The position numbers were made by a program, and so were the translations under genes. From the human T2T-CHM13v2.0 reference genome, Homo sapiens, in the NCBI RefSeq assembly GCF_009914755.1, contig NC_060928.1: DNA of 64,000 bases; one strand, written 5' to 3'. The notes under the pieces were generated by a model. It was not told where the DNA came from. It saw only the letters and a list, made by a program, of their open reading frames with translations, and did no database searches. Positions 13,183-29,032 of this stretch are shown here, one piece after another. Position 1 is the stretch's first letter, and the number at the start of each line of letters is the position of its first letter.

Positions 13183-16100
13183 AATGCTGGTACCAGGAGT
13201 GTTTCTAGAGGAACAGAATTTTAAGAATGGATTTTTAGGGTTGGTTTTGAGGTTTCTGGAGTTGGCTGTTTAATCTGATTAGACTCCAAAATGCTAAGAA
13301 CTCTACTTCAAATAATATGTAGAACACTGATAGTCCTTAACAAAAACTCTTTAGAGAGTTATGGAAAATAAATGCATTTGATAATCCTGATTCACCACTC
13401 TTGAGAGGCAAAGAGTTTAGTTGCCCAGTTCATGATGCCTTTGACCATTTGTGGAGAACAAAGGAATATAATCAAATTAGTTGATCACTCCTGTGTTCAC
13501 TGGAAAAACTAATAAAAGGAAAGGACGAGCTCAGGGATTCTATCTTCTGGCTCCAGAAGTGCATACTTAGCTGCAAGTCTCCTAAGATTGTCCCTGGTGA
13601 GAATCTTACCTTCAGTAGGCAAAGGGTTGAAATTGTGGAAAATGAGATCACAAACCCTCATCATGAGATTGGCTGACCTACAAGGAGAGGTGCATGCTTA
13701 GCCTCTTCTGGTGTCAACTTAAAGTGAGGGCATTGATTGGGAAAGAGTGGAACCATGTAACTTGGAATAGGGATGTTTGAGAGGGTCCTGATGAAGCTGG
13801 GGACACTGAGCTCCTAAATTCTGATAAGCCATTTTTGCCAGAGAAATTGACTTCCGCACCATCAACATTTCCTCCCCGACCCAGGATTCATTCAGCCTTT
13901 CCAACTCTGAGGATATTAAATTTACACTTGCTGAGGCAATAATTATGGCCTCCCCCAAGGGAGTTGTCAGGCAAGACAATGCTGATTCTACTCAAAACCC
14001 ATACCCACCACTCCTCTTCACTTCTAGATCTGTAACTAGACTCACGTCCCAGCAGAGCCCTAGAGGTGAGGTTCAGAGTGTGACCCATGAGGAAGTGTAC
14101 TACATTCCAAAAGAACTACTTGAGTTTTCTATTTTATATAAGCAGAAATATGGAAAACAGGCATGGAAATAGATCTAAAGGATGTGGGATAATGGTAGAA
14201 GGAATATAAAGTTGGATCAGGATAAATGTATTGATATGGATCCACTAAACAAGATTCTCTATTTAATGTTGCATCTCAGGAAGTTAAAAATGTTCTAATA
14301 GTTTATTTGCTTGGTTAGTTGAAACATGGCTTAAAAAATCCCCCACTGTGAGCAAGCTGGAAATGTCTGATCTCCCCTGGTTTAATATAGAGGAAGGGAT
14401 CCAAAGGCTTAGGGAAATTGAAATGCTAGTGTGGATTTATGACTTTAGACCTACTGATCCCAACTGAGAGGGCCCAGAAGACATATGCTTCATCAACACC
14501 TTGCAAAAAAGATTTGTGAAGGGAGCACACTCATCCTTGAAGACCTCTGCAATTGCTCTTCTCTGTATGCCAGATCTTACAGTGGGAACCACAGTCACTC
14601 AATTGGAAAACTTAAATGCAATGGGAATAATTGAATCCCAAGGTGGCAGGGGCCAAGTGGTAGCACTCAATTGTCAAAAGTGAGGTGGGCATAGTTACAA
14701 TAATAGCACAGGCAAAGCAGCAATCAGAATAGTCTGACTCGTGTAGACCTCTGGCATTGGCAAATTATTTTTTATGTTTTTAGAAGTGAAATAAATAGGA
14801 AGCCTACTACATTCTTACTTAATTTGTAAATGCAGCAAATTTCCAGATAAAGTGGACAAAATACTAATTTGAATTACAAAAATAGAGAGTCATGGCTCTT
14901 CAATCGATTTCCAGACTTGAGGCGGTTTATAGACCCAGAACTCCTTGAATAATGTGAGGGCCAGGTTTCCTTGAGGAAGGACCCCACTATATGACCAAAA
15001 ACTTATACTGTTAATTTTTCTCCCATCCGTCTTTAAGGAGACCTCCAATCTTTCATCAGGGTAACTGTGCATTGGGGAACGGAGAATGATCAGAATTTTC
15101 AGGGCCTACTGGACAATGGCTCTGAGCTGACATTGGTTCCAGGGAACACAAAATGTCACAGCGGCCCTCCAGTTAGAGTAGGGGCTTATGGAGGTCGGGT
15201 AATTAATGGAGTTTTAGCTCAGGTCCAAATTACAGGGGCCCTAATATGTCCCTGGACTCATCCAGTGGTCATTCCCCTAGTGTCAGAATGCATAATTGGA
15301 ATGGACATACTTAGCAGCTGGTAGAATCCCCACATTGGCTCCTTGATCAGTAAGGTGAGGGCTCTTATGGTGGGAAAGACCAAATGGAAGCTGTCAGAAC
15401 TGCCTCTACCTAGAAAAATAGTAAATCAAAAACAATACTGCATCCCTGGAGGGATTGCAAAGATTAGTGCCACTGTCAAGGATTTGCAAGATGCAGGGGT
15501 GGTGATTCCCGCCACAGCCGCCCTTCAACTCTCTTACTTGGCCTATGCAGAAAACAGACAGATCTTGAAGAATTACAGTAAATGATTGTGAACTTCACCA
15601 AGTGGTGGCTCCAATTGCAGCTGCTGTAACAAATGTGGTTTCATTGCTTGAGCAAATTAACACATCTCCTGGTACCTGGTATTCATCCATTGATTTGGCA
15701 AATGCCTTTTTCTTCATTCCTGTGCATATGGTGCACCAGAAGCAATTTGCCTTCAGCTGGCAAGGCCAGCAATATACCTTCACAGTCCTGCCTCAGGGGT
15801 ATATCAACTCTGACTTTTTGTCATAATCTTGTTCCCAGAGATCTTGATTGCTTTTCTCTTTCACAAGGTATCACACTAGTCCATTATATTGACGACATTA
15901 TACTGATTAGACTGACCCAGTGAGTGAGAAGTGGCAGCCACACTGGACTTATTGGTGAGACATTTGCATGTCAGATTATAGGAAATGAAGCTGACTAAAT
16001 CTCAGGGAGCTTCTACCTCAGTGAAATTTCTTAGGGTCTAGTTACATAAGGCCTGTCAAGATATTTTTTCTAAGGTTAGAATAAGTTGTTACATTTGGCC

Positions 16101-16829
16101 CCTCCTTCAACCAAGATAGAGGCACAACACCTAGTGGGACTACTTGGATTTTTGAAGAAGCACATTCCTCATTTGGGTGTGTTACTCCAGCCTATTTATT
16201 GTGCGACCTGAAAGGCTGCCAGTTTTGAATGGTGTCAAGAACAGGCAAGGGCTCTGTAACAGGTCCAGGCTGCTGTCCAAGTTGATATGCCACTTAGGCC
16301 ATATGACCCAGCATATCCAATCATGATTGATGTGTCAGTGGCAGATGGTGATGATGTTTGGAGCCTCTAGCAGGCCCCCATAGGGGAATCACATGGAAGC
16401 TTCTAGGATTTTGGAGTAAGGTCCTGCCATCTTCTGCAGATAACTACTCTCCTTTTGAGAGACAGCTCATGGCCTGTTACTGGGTCTTGTTAGAAACTGA
16501 ATGTTTGAATGTGAGTCACCAAGTTATCATGCCATCTGAACTACCTATTATGACCTGAGTGCTTTCTCACCTATCTAGCCATAAAGTTGGACATGCACAG
16601 CAGTGCTCTATCATCAAATGGAAGTGGTATATATTTGACTGGGCTCGAGCTGCTTCTGACGGCACAAGTAAGTTACATAAGAAAGTAGCTCAAGTTCCCA
16701 TAGGCCCCACCCCTGTCACTCTGCTTTCCTTCTCCCAGCCCACACCCATGGCCTCGTGGGGAGTTCCCTATGAGCAGTTGACAGAGGAAGAGACCTGGTT
16801 TACAGGTGGTTCTGCATTCGGTATGGAGG

Positions 16830-17374
16830 TGTGATGATTAATACTGAGTGTCAACTTGATTGGATTGAAGGGGGCAAAATATTGTTCCTGGGTGTGTCTG
16901 TGAGGGTGTTGTCAAAGGAGATTAACATTTGAGTGATTGGATTGGGAGAGGTAGATTCACCCTCAATCTGGGTGGGTACCATCCTAGCTAGCACAGCTAG
17001 GAAAAAAGCAGGTAGAGGAACGTGGAAAGACTAGACTGGCCTGAGTCTTCTGGCCTCCATCTTTCTCCCATGCTGGGTGTTTCCTGCCCATAAACATCAG
17101 ACTCCAAGTTGTTCAGCTTTTGGACTCTTGAACCTACACTAGTGGTTTGCCAGGTGCTCTCGGGCCTTTGGCCACAGACTGAAAGCTGCACTGTCCGCTT
17201 CCCCACTTTTGAGGTTTGGTTATGCAGACTGGCTTCCTTGCTCCTCAGCTCGCAGACAGCCTGTTGTGGGACTTCACCTTGTGATTATGTGAGTCAATAC
17301 TCCCTAATAAACTCTTTTTCATATATGCATATATCCTATTAGTCCTGTACCTCTAGGGAATCCTGATTAATCCA
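16830..17374 (+). mobile_element. MLT2A2-type solo LTR nested in the ERV-L pol (RNase H region)
   Basis: tgtgatgattaatactgagtgtcaacttgattggattgaagg...cctgattaatcca; host pol (WFTGGSA.. / ..TTQKWTAA) resumes on both sides; degenerate 5-bp TSD ggagg/gcaga. Confidence 0.88.
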
Positions 17375-19396
17375 GCAGACACCACCCAAAAGTGGACAGC
17401 TGCACCACTACAGCCCCTTTCTAGCACACCCATAAATAACACTGAGCAATGCACCTGGTTGTGCACTTTGCTTGGAAGGAGAAATGGCCAAATTCGTGAT
17501 TATATACTGATTCATGGGCTATATAGCCAATGATTTGGCTGGATGGTCAGGGACTTAGAGGAAGCATGACTGAAACCTTTTTGACAAATAAATCTGGAAA
17601 AGAACTATGTAGATTGACCTCTCTGAGTGGTCAAACACTGTGACTGTATTTCTGTTTCATGTGAATACTCATGAAAAGGTGACCTCCATAGAGTTTTAAT
17701 AATCAAGTGGTTAGGATGACCTATTCTGTGGACACCACTCAGCCTCCTTCTCCGTCCACTCCTGTCATTGCCCAGTGAGCTCATGAACACAGTAGCCATT
17801 GTGGCAGGAATGGAGGTTATGCATTCAGCAACAGGGACTTCCACTCACCAAGGCTGACTTTACTACAGCTACGACTGAATGTCCCGTCTGCCAGCAGCAG
17901 AGAAAAACACCGAGCACTTGATATGGCACCATTACTCAGGGTAATCAGCTAGCTACTTGCTGACAGGTTGATTACACTGGACTTTTTCTTTTTTTCTCAT
18001 GGAAAGGGCAGTTGTTTGTCCTCACTAAAATAGACACTTTCTGCAGATATGAATTTGCCAGTCCTGCACTCAATGCTTTTGCCAAGACTTTCATTTGTGG
18101 ACTGGCAGCATACCTTGTCCACTGTCATCATATTCCACACAGCATTGCCTCTGACCAAGGCACTCACTTCACAGATAAAGAAGTGCAGCAGTGGGCTCAT
18201 ATTCGTGGAATTCACTGGTCTTGCAATGTTCTCTGAGGCATGGCATCATCCTGAGACAGCTGGCTTGTTGAATGGTGGAATGACCTTTTGAAGTCACAAT
18301 TACATCACCAACAAGGTGACAATACTTTGCAGGGCTGGGACAAAATTTTCCAGAAGCCTCTGTATACTCTGAATCGCTGTCCAATATATTCTACTGTTTC
18401 TCCCATAGCCAAGGTTCATGGGTCCAGGAATCAAGCAGTGGAAGTGGAAGTAGCACCACTCACCATTACCTCAAAAATAAATTTTGCTTCCTGTTCTCAA
18501 AACATTTTGTTCTACTGGCCTAGAGGCCTTTAATAATCAAGTGGTTAGGATGACCCATTCCTTGGACACCACTCAGCCACCTTCTCCATCCACTTCTGTC
18601 ACTCCTGTCAGGGAGGGAGGAATGCTGCCACAAGTAGACACAACAATTACTTTATTAAACTGGAAGTTAAGATTGCGACCTGGCCACTTTGGGCTCCTCC
18701 TTTCTTTAAGTCAGCAGGCTAAGAAGGAAGTTATCATGTTGGCTGAAGTGATTGACCTGGATTATTAAAATGAAGTTAGACTACAACTCCATAATGGATG
18801 TAAGGAACGGTATTTCTGGAATACAGGAGATTCCTTAGGGCATCTCTTACTATTACCATGCCCTTTGATTAAGATCAGTGGGAAACCACAACAACTAAAT
18901 TCAGACAGGACTACAAATGGTTCAGACCCTTCAAAAATAAAGTTTTGGGTTAGCCCACCAACTGAAAAATGACCACCAGCTGATTTGCTTGCTGAAGGCA
19001 AAGGGAATACAGAATGGGTAGTAGAAGGTAGTTACTAACACTAGCTACAACCGCATAAACAGTAGCAGAAACAACAACTGTAATTGACATAAGTATTTTC
19101 TCCTTATTTTATTAAGAATACTTTTGTGCATGTATACACTTGTACTAAGAAAATATCTTCATTTTATTTCCTTTCTTTTTTCTTTATCATGTAACATAAG
19201 ATTTATTTACTTCATATTAACATTTAAGTGTTTTTAACTTAACATAATAGCATTTTGGTTAAGGATTAATGTACTTCCAGTTGTAGAAAGAATAGCTATA
19301 TTATGTTAGATGTAAATATAATTTTATTATTTTCTGTATTGGTGATTAATGATTTCAGGAGATGTGTATTAGTGCCATGTTGACAAGGGATGGACT

Positions 19397-20988
19397 TGTG
19401 ATAGTAAATATTAGGTGCCAACTTGATTAGATCGAAGCATGCATAGATAGCTGGCAAAGAACTGTTTCTGGGTTTGTCTGTGAGGGTATTGCCAGAGGAG
19501 ATTGAAATTTGAGTCAGTAGACTAGGAGAGGAAGACTCACCTTCAATGTGGGCGAGCACCATCACATTAGCTCCCAGCATGGCTAGACCATAGCAGAAGG
19601 AAGAAAGTGGAATCAGCTGGCTTGCTGGTCTTCTGGCTGTTATCTTTCTCTCATGCTAGATGCTTCCACCTATTCCTCCTGCCTTTGGACATGAGACTTC
19701 AGGTTTTTTGGCCTTTGGACTCTTAAACTTAACACTACTGGTTTGAAAGCTGCACTCTCAGGCTTCCCTGTGTTTAAGGCTTTTGGTCTCAGACTGAGCC
19801 ACTACTAGCTTCTTTCTTACCCAGCTTGCAGATGCCCTATCATGGGACTTCACCTTGTGATTGTGTGAACCAATTATTTTTAATAAACACCGTTATATAA
19901 ACATATATCTGTTGTGGGAAGTCAGGGACCCCAAACAGAGGGACCAGCTGAAGCCATGGCAGATGAACGTGGATTGTGGATTGTGACGATTTCATGGACA
20001 TTTATTAGTTCCCAAAATTAATACTTTTATAATTTCTTATGCCTGTCTTTACTGCAATCTCTAAACATAAATTGTGAAGATTTCATGGACACATCACTTC
20101 CCCAATCAATACCCTTGTGATTTCCTACGCCTGTCTTTACTTTAATCTCTTAATCCTGTCAGCTGAGGAGGATGTATGTTGCCTCAGGACCCTGTAATAA
20201 TTGCATTAACTGCACAAATTGTAGAGCATGTGTGTTTGAACAATATGAAATCTGGGCACCTTGAAAAAAGAACAGGATAACAGCAATGTTTAGGGAAAAA
20301 GAGAGATAACATTAAACTCTGACCACCGGTGAGCTGGGTGGAACAGAGCCTATCACTGAATTCTTTTTCTTAGCAAGGAACATCCCTGAGAAAGAGAATG
20401 CACCCCTGAGGGTGTGTCTATAAATAACCCCCTTCGGTGTGGCCATCTTCTTTGGTGGAAACTGTAGGGATGAAATAAGCCCCAGTCTCCCATAGCACTC
20501 CCAGGCTTATTAGGAAGAGGAAATTCCCACCTAATAAATTTTGGTCAGACCAGTTGCTCTCAAAACCCTGTCTCCTGATAAGATGTTATCAATGACAATG
20601 GTGCCCGAAACTTCACTAGCAATTTTAATTTAGCCCCGGTCCTGTGGTCCTGTGATCTTGCCCTGCCTCCATTTGCCTTGTGATATTCTATTACCTTGTG
20701 AAGTACGTGATCTTTGTGACCCACACCCTATTCGTACACTCCCTCCCCTTTTAAAAGTCCCTAATAAAAACTTGCTGGTTTTGCAGTTTGTGGGGCATCA
20801 CAGAACCTACTGACATGTGATGTCTCCCCCGGACGCCCAGCTTTAAATTTCTCTCTTTCGTACTCTGTCCCTTTATTTCTCAAACCAGCCAATGCTTAGG
20901 AAAAATAGAAAAGAACCTACGTGACTATTGGGGCGGGTTCCCAGATATATATCCTATTAGTTCTGTCCCTCTGGAGAACCCTAATACA
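19397..20988 (+). mobile_element. 3' LTR (MLT2B-type), split by MER11
   Basis: tgtgatagtaaatattaggtgccaacttgattag... to 19909, resuming at 20948 with tatatcctattagttctgtccctctggagaaccctaataca. Confidence 0.88.
19910..20947 (+). mobile_element. MER11 solo LTR (HERV-K11/HML-8)
   Basis: tgttgtgggaagtcagggacccc...ggggcgggttcccagata; perfect 6-bp TSD TATATC (19904-19909, 20948-20953), typical of betaretrovirus-like integrases. Confidence 0.92.
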
Positions 20989-23900
20989 AACATTATCATG
21001 GATAGTACCAAAATAACTCATATGTCTATAAGTTGTCCCTGGTACATTTGTATGGTAAAGCCTTCTCATTGATTCAATAATAATGAGGGAGTTTTCCTTA
21101 CACTCATGTAGGAGAGAAGTCCATATATAGTATGAAGTAAAAAATTAGGTGGGTCTTTTTATTATCTCTACTTGGTTATGGTAAAGAAACTGTGATATTG
21201 GAATCTTTTTTGAATTTTTTCTATGTGGTATATGAATAAATTTGGTTTAATTGTATATTTATGTAATAGGATATTATAGTACAAAAATGAAGAAACTACA
21301 GTGATATGTAAAAATGTAGATAGATGTCATTGAAGAAGTTAGATATAGGACATTTTTAAATTACTTTATTGCCTTATTTACACAGATGCAAAGACATACA
21401 GATTTCAATAATTAGCCAGAGATGGGAGAAAGAATCAGGAGTCACATCTCTGCCATTTAAGTAACATGTAGACATTTATCAGACAAATGCTTACCTCCAA
21501 AGCAAGGTATAAAGACTTCCACTTTCTAGTTTCTTTGTATTGGCGCTTATCATTCCACAGTCTGTGTAAATATTTCATTTACTTTTCCAACCACTAACTG
21601 GTAGGAACAACAGTTACAACCAGAAAAACACATAGAATAGAATGTAGTTAGAAAGATAAAAAGTTAAGGTGCTAGAGCTTTTAAAACTTAGCGTTAAGTT
21701 TTAACAAGGAACCTCAAGATTTTCACTGAAGGGGGTATGATATTATATTCATATTTTGAGGATAAGATGAGAGAAAAGATTATGTGAAAAGTATTTCTTT
21801 TTTCTTTCATGAATATTTGGTTCTTATATCTGGAGGAGGAAATCTAAAATAATGTTACTGTTTTGTAGGGCTCCTACACATTTACTATTTTCCACCACCA
21901 AGCGAGAATAGCTGTATATGGAAAAAGAGGAGTACAGTCCTTTTTGGAGAAAGTGAAATTTGGAATGATTCACAAAACTTTGACACACTCATAGTAAAAC
22001 AAGAGAGGAGGTGACTGCAGAGTAAAGAAGAGAAGCAGAGTACACAAGAAAGTTGTGAATTTTTTAGTAGTGCTTTCAGGTGGAATGTAATGACAGATAA
22101 GATGAATAATACATTTCTTAATATAAGTAAGAGCATAGGTAGTACCTAGCTTGAATTTAAAACACTAGTACCTGCATAGAACTTGAAGAAAACATGAAAC
22201 ACATAAGAATCTTCCTTATCTTTAGATGGAATCAAACTGCTTACTTCTAACCTAAATGCTGCAATCTTACCTACAAGTATAATCATCCTTTTCTACTCTT
22301 CCTCTTCCATTAAATGAATTTCTATGCTGAGTTTCACTTCTATTAAGGCCAGTCTTCTGGAGATCCTCACCTTATCTAGTACCTCTCCTTCCTTTTTTCT
22401 GTATCCATAACTTCCCTTCCATCATAACTCTTTCCCATTTGAAATCAGAGATAGATAATTTATTTTCAAATAGTATTGACTCTGGAATCCATCAGTTTAT
22501 GGTAAATTGTTCCCCAATAACTACCGATGAACATAGCATTGTAAAATTATATGATCTACTTGTCACTGTTCTCTTATTGGTAAAATTTGTCTAAAGCTAA
22601 TGTGATTTTTTATAATGTTTAAGAATTTATTGAGTTAATACATTGCACTTAGAATAACGTCAAGCATTTTACGTAAAACAATACTACAACATACTGGATC
22701 TTGATCTTGATGCCACATCTTGATGCTATGTCTTCAGGCTGCTATTGCTTTTGATGGCTTATCTTTAAGTTTCATGGATCTTAGAGCCATTCAAGTTTCA
22801 TGTTATTCCTTTTATTTTCCATTCACAACTTACTTTTATGGGAGGTGTCTATGCATTTCATCTTCTTTCCTTACTTTCTATTTTGTAATTCATTTTCTGT
22901 TGCTACCATTTCATTGAAATTGCAAACATGCCAGAATCAGTAAAAAAAGTCTTCAAGTCAGTTTTCAAAAAAATTTTCAGTCATTTTATTGACACAATCT
23001 AGAATTCAATAATATTTTACTCTATCTACTAAAATTCTTATTTTGATTTATGACTCACCATAGTCTCACAGTTTTCTCATATTTTTTACTTCTCTCTTCT
23101 TTATCAGATATGACAGTCTATTTCTATCTAGTAAATGTGAGTGTTTTTATTTATTCATTAGTTCAGTCAATATGTATCAAATTTGTTCTTTGTGCCCAGA
23201 TCATCACCAAGTACAAAGAATGTGGAGACAAATGAGATCAGTCCCTACTTTCTGCTATCTTTATTTTATTGATTGATGCATATCTAAATAAAAAAGTGAC
23301 AAGATGAACAGAGTAGTTAAATTTGGGAAGAAAATTATGGGAATTATATAAACATATTTTGAATGTCTATGTTTCAATGGCTTTAAAGGAAGTTATTGCA
23401 AAAATTATTTTATTTCAGTATTTTCAAGTTGTAGCCTATAATTTAAAGTTCAGCTCAGATGCTTCTCAGGTATAACCAGTGTATGGAAATTTTTGTTCTT
23501 GATTCTTTTCATGCTCAGGATCACATCAATGAATTCAAAAAGTCTATAAATTTGGTGAGTGTAGGTTATTTGCCCAGATGTGTCATCTAATAGAGTATAT
23601 TATGAACACATTGCAAAATGACATATAGAGATTGATATAAAACATTTTTTATCATATAAATACTGGGACTTCTCATGTTTGAGACTGATTTTATTTAGGC
23701 TACCTGGACTCTAGAAGACTTAAAGGTCAATATTTAATTATAGGCTGGTTATCAGAGACTGGGAAAGCTCACAAGGTTTCAAATGGCTCAAATCTTGTCT
23801 GACTCTGAGGTTGATCTCATCCTTAATTGATACACAGATGCTTTTTATGAAAAATAAGAACACTGGTTACATGTTTTATGCAGCAGTATTCATGACTCTT

Positions 23901-25310
23901 CAAATTATCACTGTTTGCAATATGTTTTAACATGTTTATTGTGGGCAAGTTTTGTGAGCTCAAATTTGAAACTTGCTTGTTATAATGCTGATCAAAGAGG
24001 CACAAAGAATGAGTGTTTTTTTAAGTTGGAAAATACATAGATAAAAAATAAAAGATTAGTTTAGGGCTTTGAATTTTCAACTCATGAAAGAAGAAAAAAA
24101 AAAACCTCTATGGAAGGAAGTTGTAAGTAATGCTTAATATCATGTAGCCAAATTGAAATCATGACTATCAGGCCCCAAATCTAATTATCTAATTGTAGTG
24201 GTGAATTGCAATAACTGTTCAATGTGCAAGCTCATATATGTCTCTAATTTGCCTAATGTTACATCAGGAAACTGAGTAGAAATGAGGGGGACTCTGAGAT
24301 TTAGAGAGGGATATTTCAGCAGACACAGAGAACTTAGAAACTTGTACTTCTAAAGCTCCTTGGACTTCTTTTATGGGCTAAATGATACCCTCCTTCTCTA
24401 TCTGAAAACACTAATTTTGTGTTGTGTAAGACTTTGTAATAACTTAGCATGGAATAGTGTTCTAGCAAGGGAAACTACGGTTCCCAGAAGATCCAACTCT
24501 ACCACTTCTGAATGCTTCACTTCAAGAAGAGAATTGCAAAGTCCACTCACACATACAGCAACATGAGGCACAGTTTTATCACTTTGATGGACTGAACTAG
24601 CGGCTCATTTTTCATGTTAAGGAAAAACTATGAAAAATAATATATTATCAGGCCAACTGTTTATAAAGATGCATTTATCCACAACTTTGAAGTTAATGTA
24701 TTGGTCCAAATACTTAATTATGTCATTATCAGGCATTTGGTTGGATAATTAAAGCCTGGATGTAACATGCCTTATAGTAAATAAAGTTGAAATTTGATAA
24801 CATTTTTGATATTCTACATGAAAATAACCTATAGGCTGAGGGAAATGGGAATGTTAGAGGAGATGTATTATGTGCAATATGCTCAGAATCCATTTCACCA
24901 TCTCAGTGACATTAAAAAAATGCATTCGTGCTAAGCATATCAATATCCTTGAAAATCTCTGTTGTGTTTTTATTCTGTAGGGTAAAGATGAAAGTGAAAG
25001 ATGCTGCAACAAAACTGGGATCCACAATTTCAGTGGAAATAATAGACACCCATAATGGTAGAGGCTGGTTAGGTTATATTAACTACAAAATACTTGATTT
25101 GGAAAAGTACCAAATCCAGCCGCAGGATGGAAATTGTAGAGTGTTTCAATTTACAGGTAGCTGGGGCATTGCCTAATTGCTCACATTATTTTTTGGAATA
25201 AAATGTATGAACAGCCTACGATGATATTGCTTCATCTTTTATGAGTATATGAAGTAGATATCCTATGTGTAGACACACACATATCTTACATATCTTATAC
25301 AGGTAGTGAA

Positions 25311-25440
25311 CGTGTGTGTGTGTGTGATTAGATAGATAGATGATAGATAGATGGATAGATAAATAGAGAGACAGATTAGATACATACATACATACATACA
25401 CAGATACATAGATAGATACATAGATACATAGATAGATGAG
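25311..25440. repeat. Compound (TG)n/(GATA)n/(TACA)n microsatellite
   Basis: Directly visible tandem units. Confidence 0.9.
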
Positions 25441-25984
25441 TAGGTTGCCTATAGACAACTTGTGACATTCATCTTATAACTCAGAAATTCCAAGTTCACT
25501 TCCTATGTAGGTAGTAGATACTAAAGTTAAATAAAACTTTAACAAAATCTAGTAAGAGAATCTCAGGATTTTGGAGCTAAACTATCACCTATTTTCCTGA
25601 AATGTCTTCTCCATTAGAAAAACAGTCCCTGATTTACTATCGAGTTCTGGTGGATACTTACTATTAATATTTGCCCATGGGCACCAAGAACCTGTGCTAC
25701 CTGACATGGTCATTCTGTTGTGACAACAAAAAAAATATAACTGAACATTAACAGCAATATTCTACTGTTAATGAACATACAAATATAAGAAAAGGACTGA
25801 GAAATTTCAGAAAAACAAGTAAATCACTTTAGCAAATGGATAAGGCTCTCATGGAGCTGAACAATGTTTCTAAACCAATCTCACTAAACCTGCCTAGAGA
25901 TTCATAGGGTAATTTCTAATTTAAAAAACAAAACACAGGGTTACAGTCCTACTCAGGAGTGTCTCTTAAAAAAATATTTAAACA

Positions 25985-26311
<327 letters not shown>

Positions 26312-26649
26312 TTAAACAAAATCCTTCTAAAGGGCAGAATATCAAGCAGGACATGTAAATAACTGTCTTTTTTTTGGGAGGGGGAGGAGCAGAGAATGGC
26401 CTGTGTTACAGAACTACAGAATCATAGGTAGTACCTAATGAATTGACTAGTTTGTTAAGGATATGGAAATAATCTTAGTGAAAAATTAATGGAAAGAATA
26501 TTAGAGGTAGACTTATGTGGGTTTACCTCTTGTAATTGGCAGAAATTACTTAGAAGGCATGCACTCTAGGAATTGCCTCAGCAATAAGGTGGATTGAATA
26601 AGCAGTCCTATGGAAATCAGTCTTTTCCTCCAGACATCCAGAATTTGAT

Positions 26650-29032
<2,383 letters not shown>

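Larger units (their letters stand above)
12628..20988 (+). mobile_element. ERV-L provirus (HERV-L/ERVL-B4-type internal region, MLT2B-type LTRs), two LTRs, decayed gag-pro-pol-dUTPase
   Basis: 5' LTR 12628-13182; PBS tggtaccaggagtg at 13188; protease LLDNGSELT; RT SIDLANAFF, LPQGYINS, YIDD (15885-15896); integrase SDQGTHFT; dUTPase LNWKLRLRPGHFGLL; PPT aagggatggact; 3' LTR from 19397; 5-bp TSD accat/aacat. Confidence 0.93.

Noticed and set aside
13200-18900. Domesticated ERV-L gag/pol gene
   Set aside because: Numerous stops and frameshifts, protease DTG mutated to DNG, and an LTR inserted in pol.
21000-23400. Faint L2/old L1 remnants (also 32500-33690 and 59600-60040)
   Set aside because: Similarity is too weak to set boundaries by eye, so they are not reported as features.
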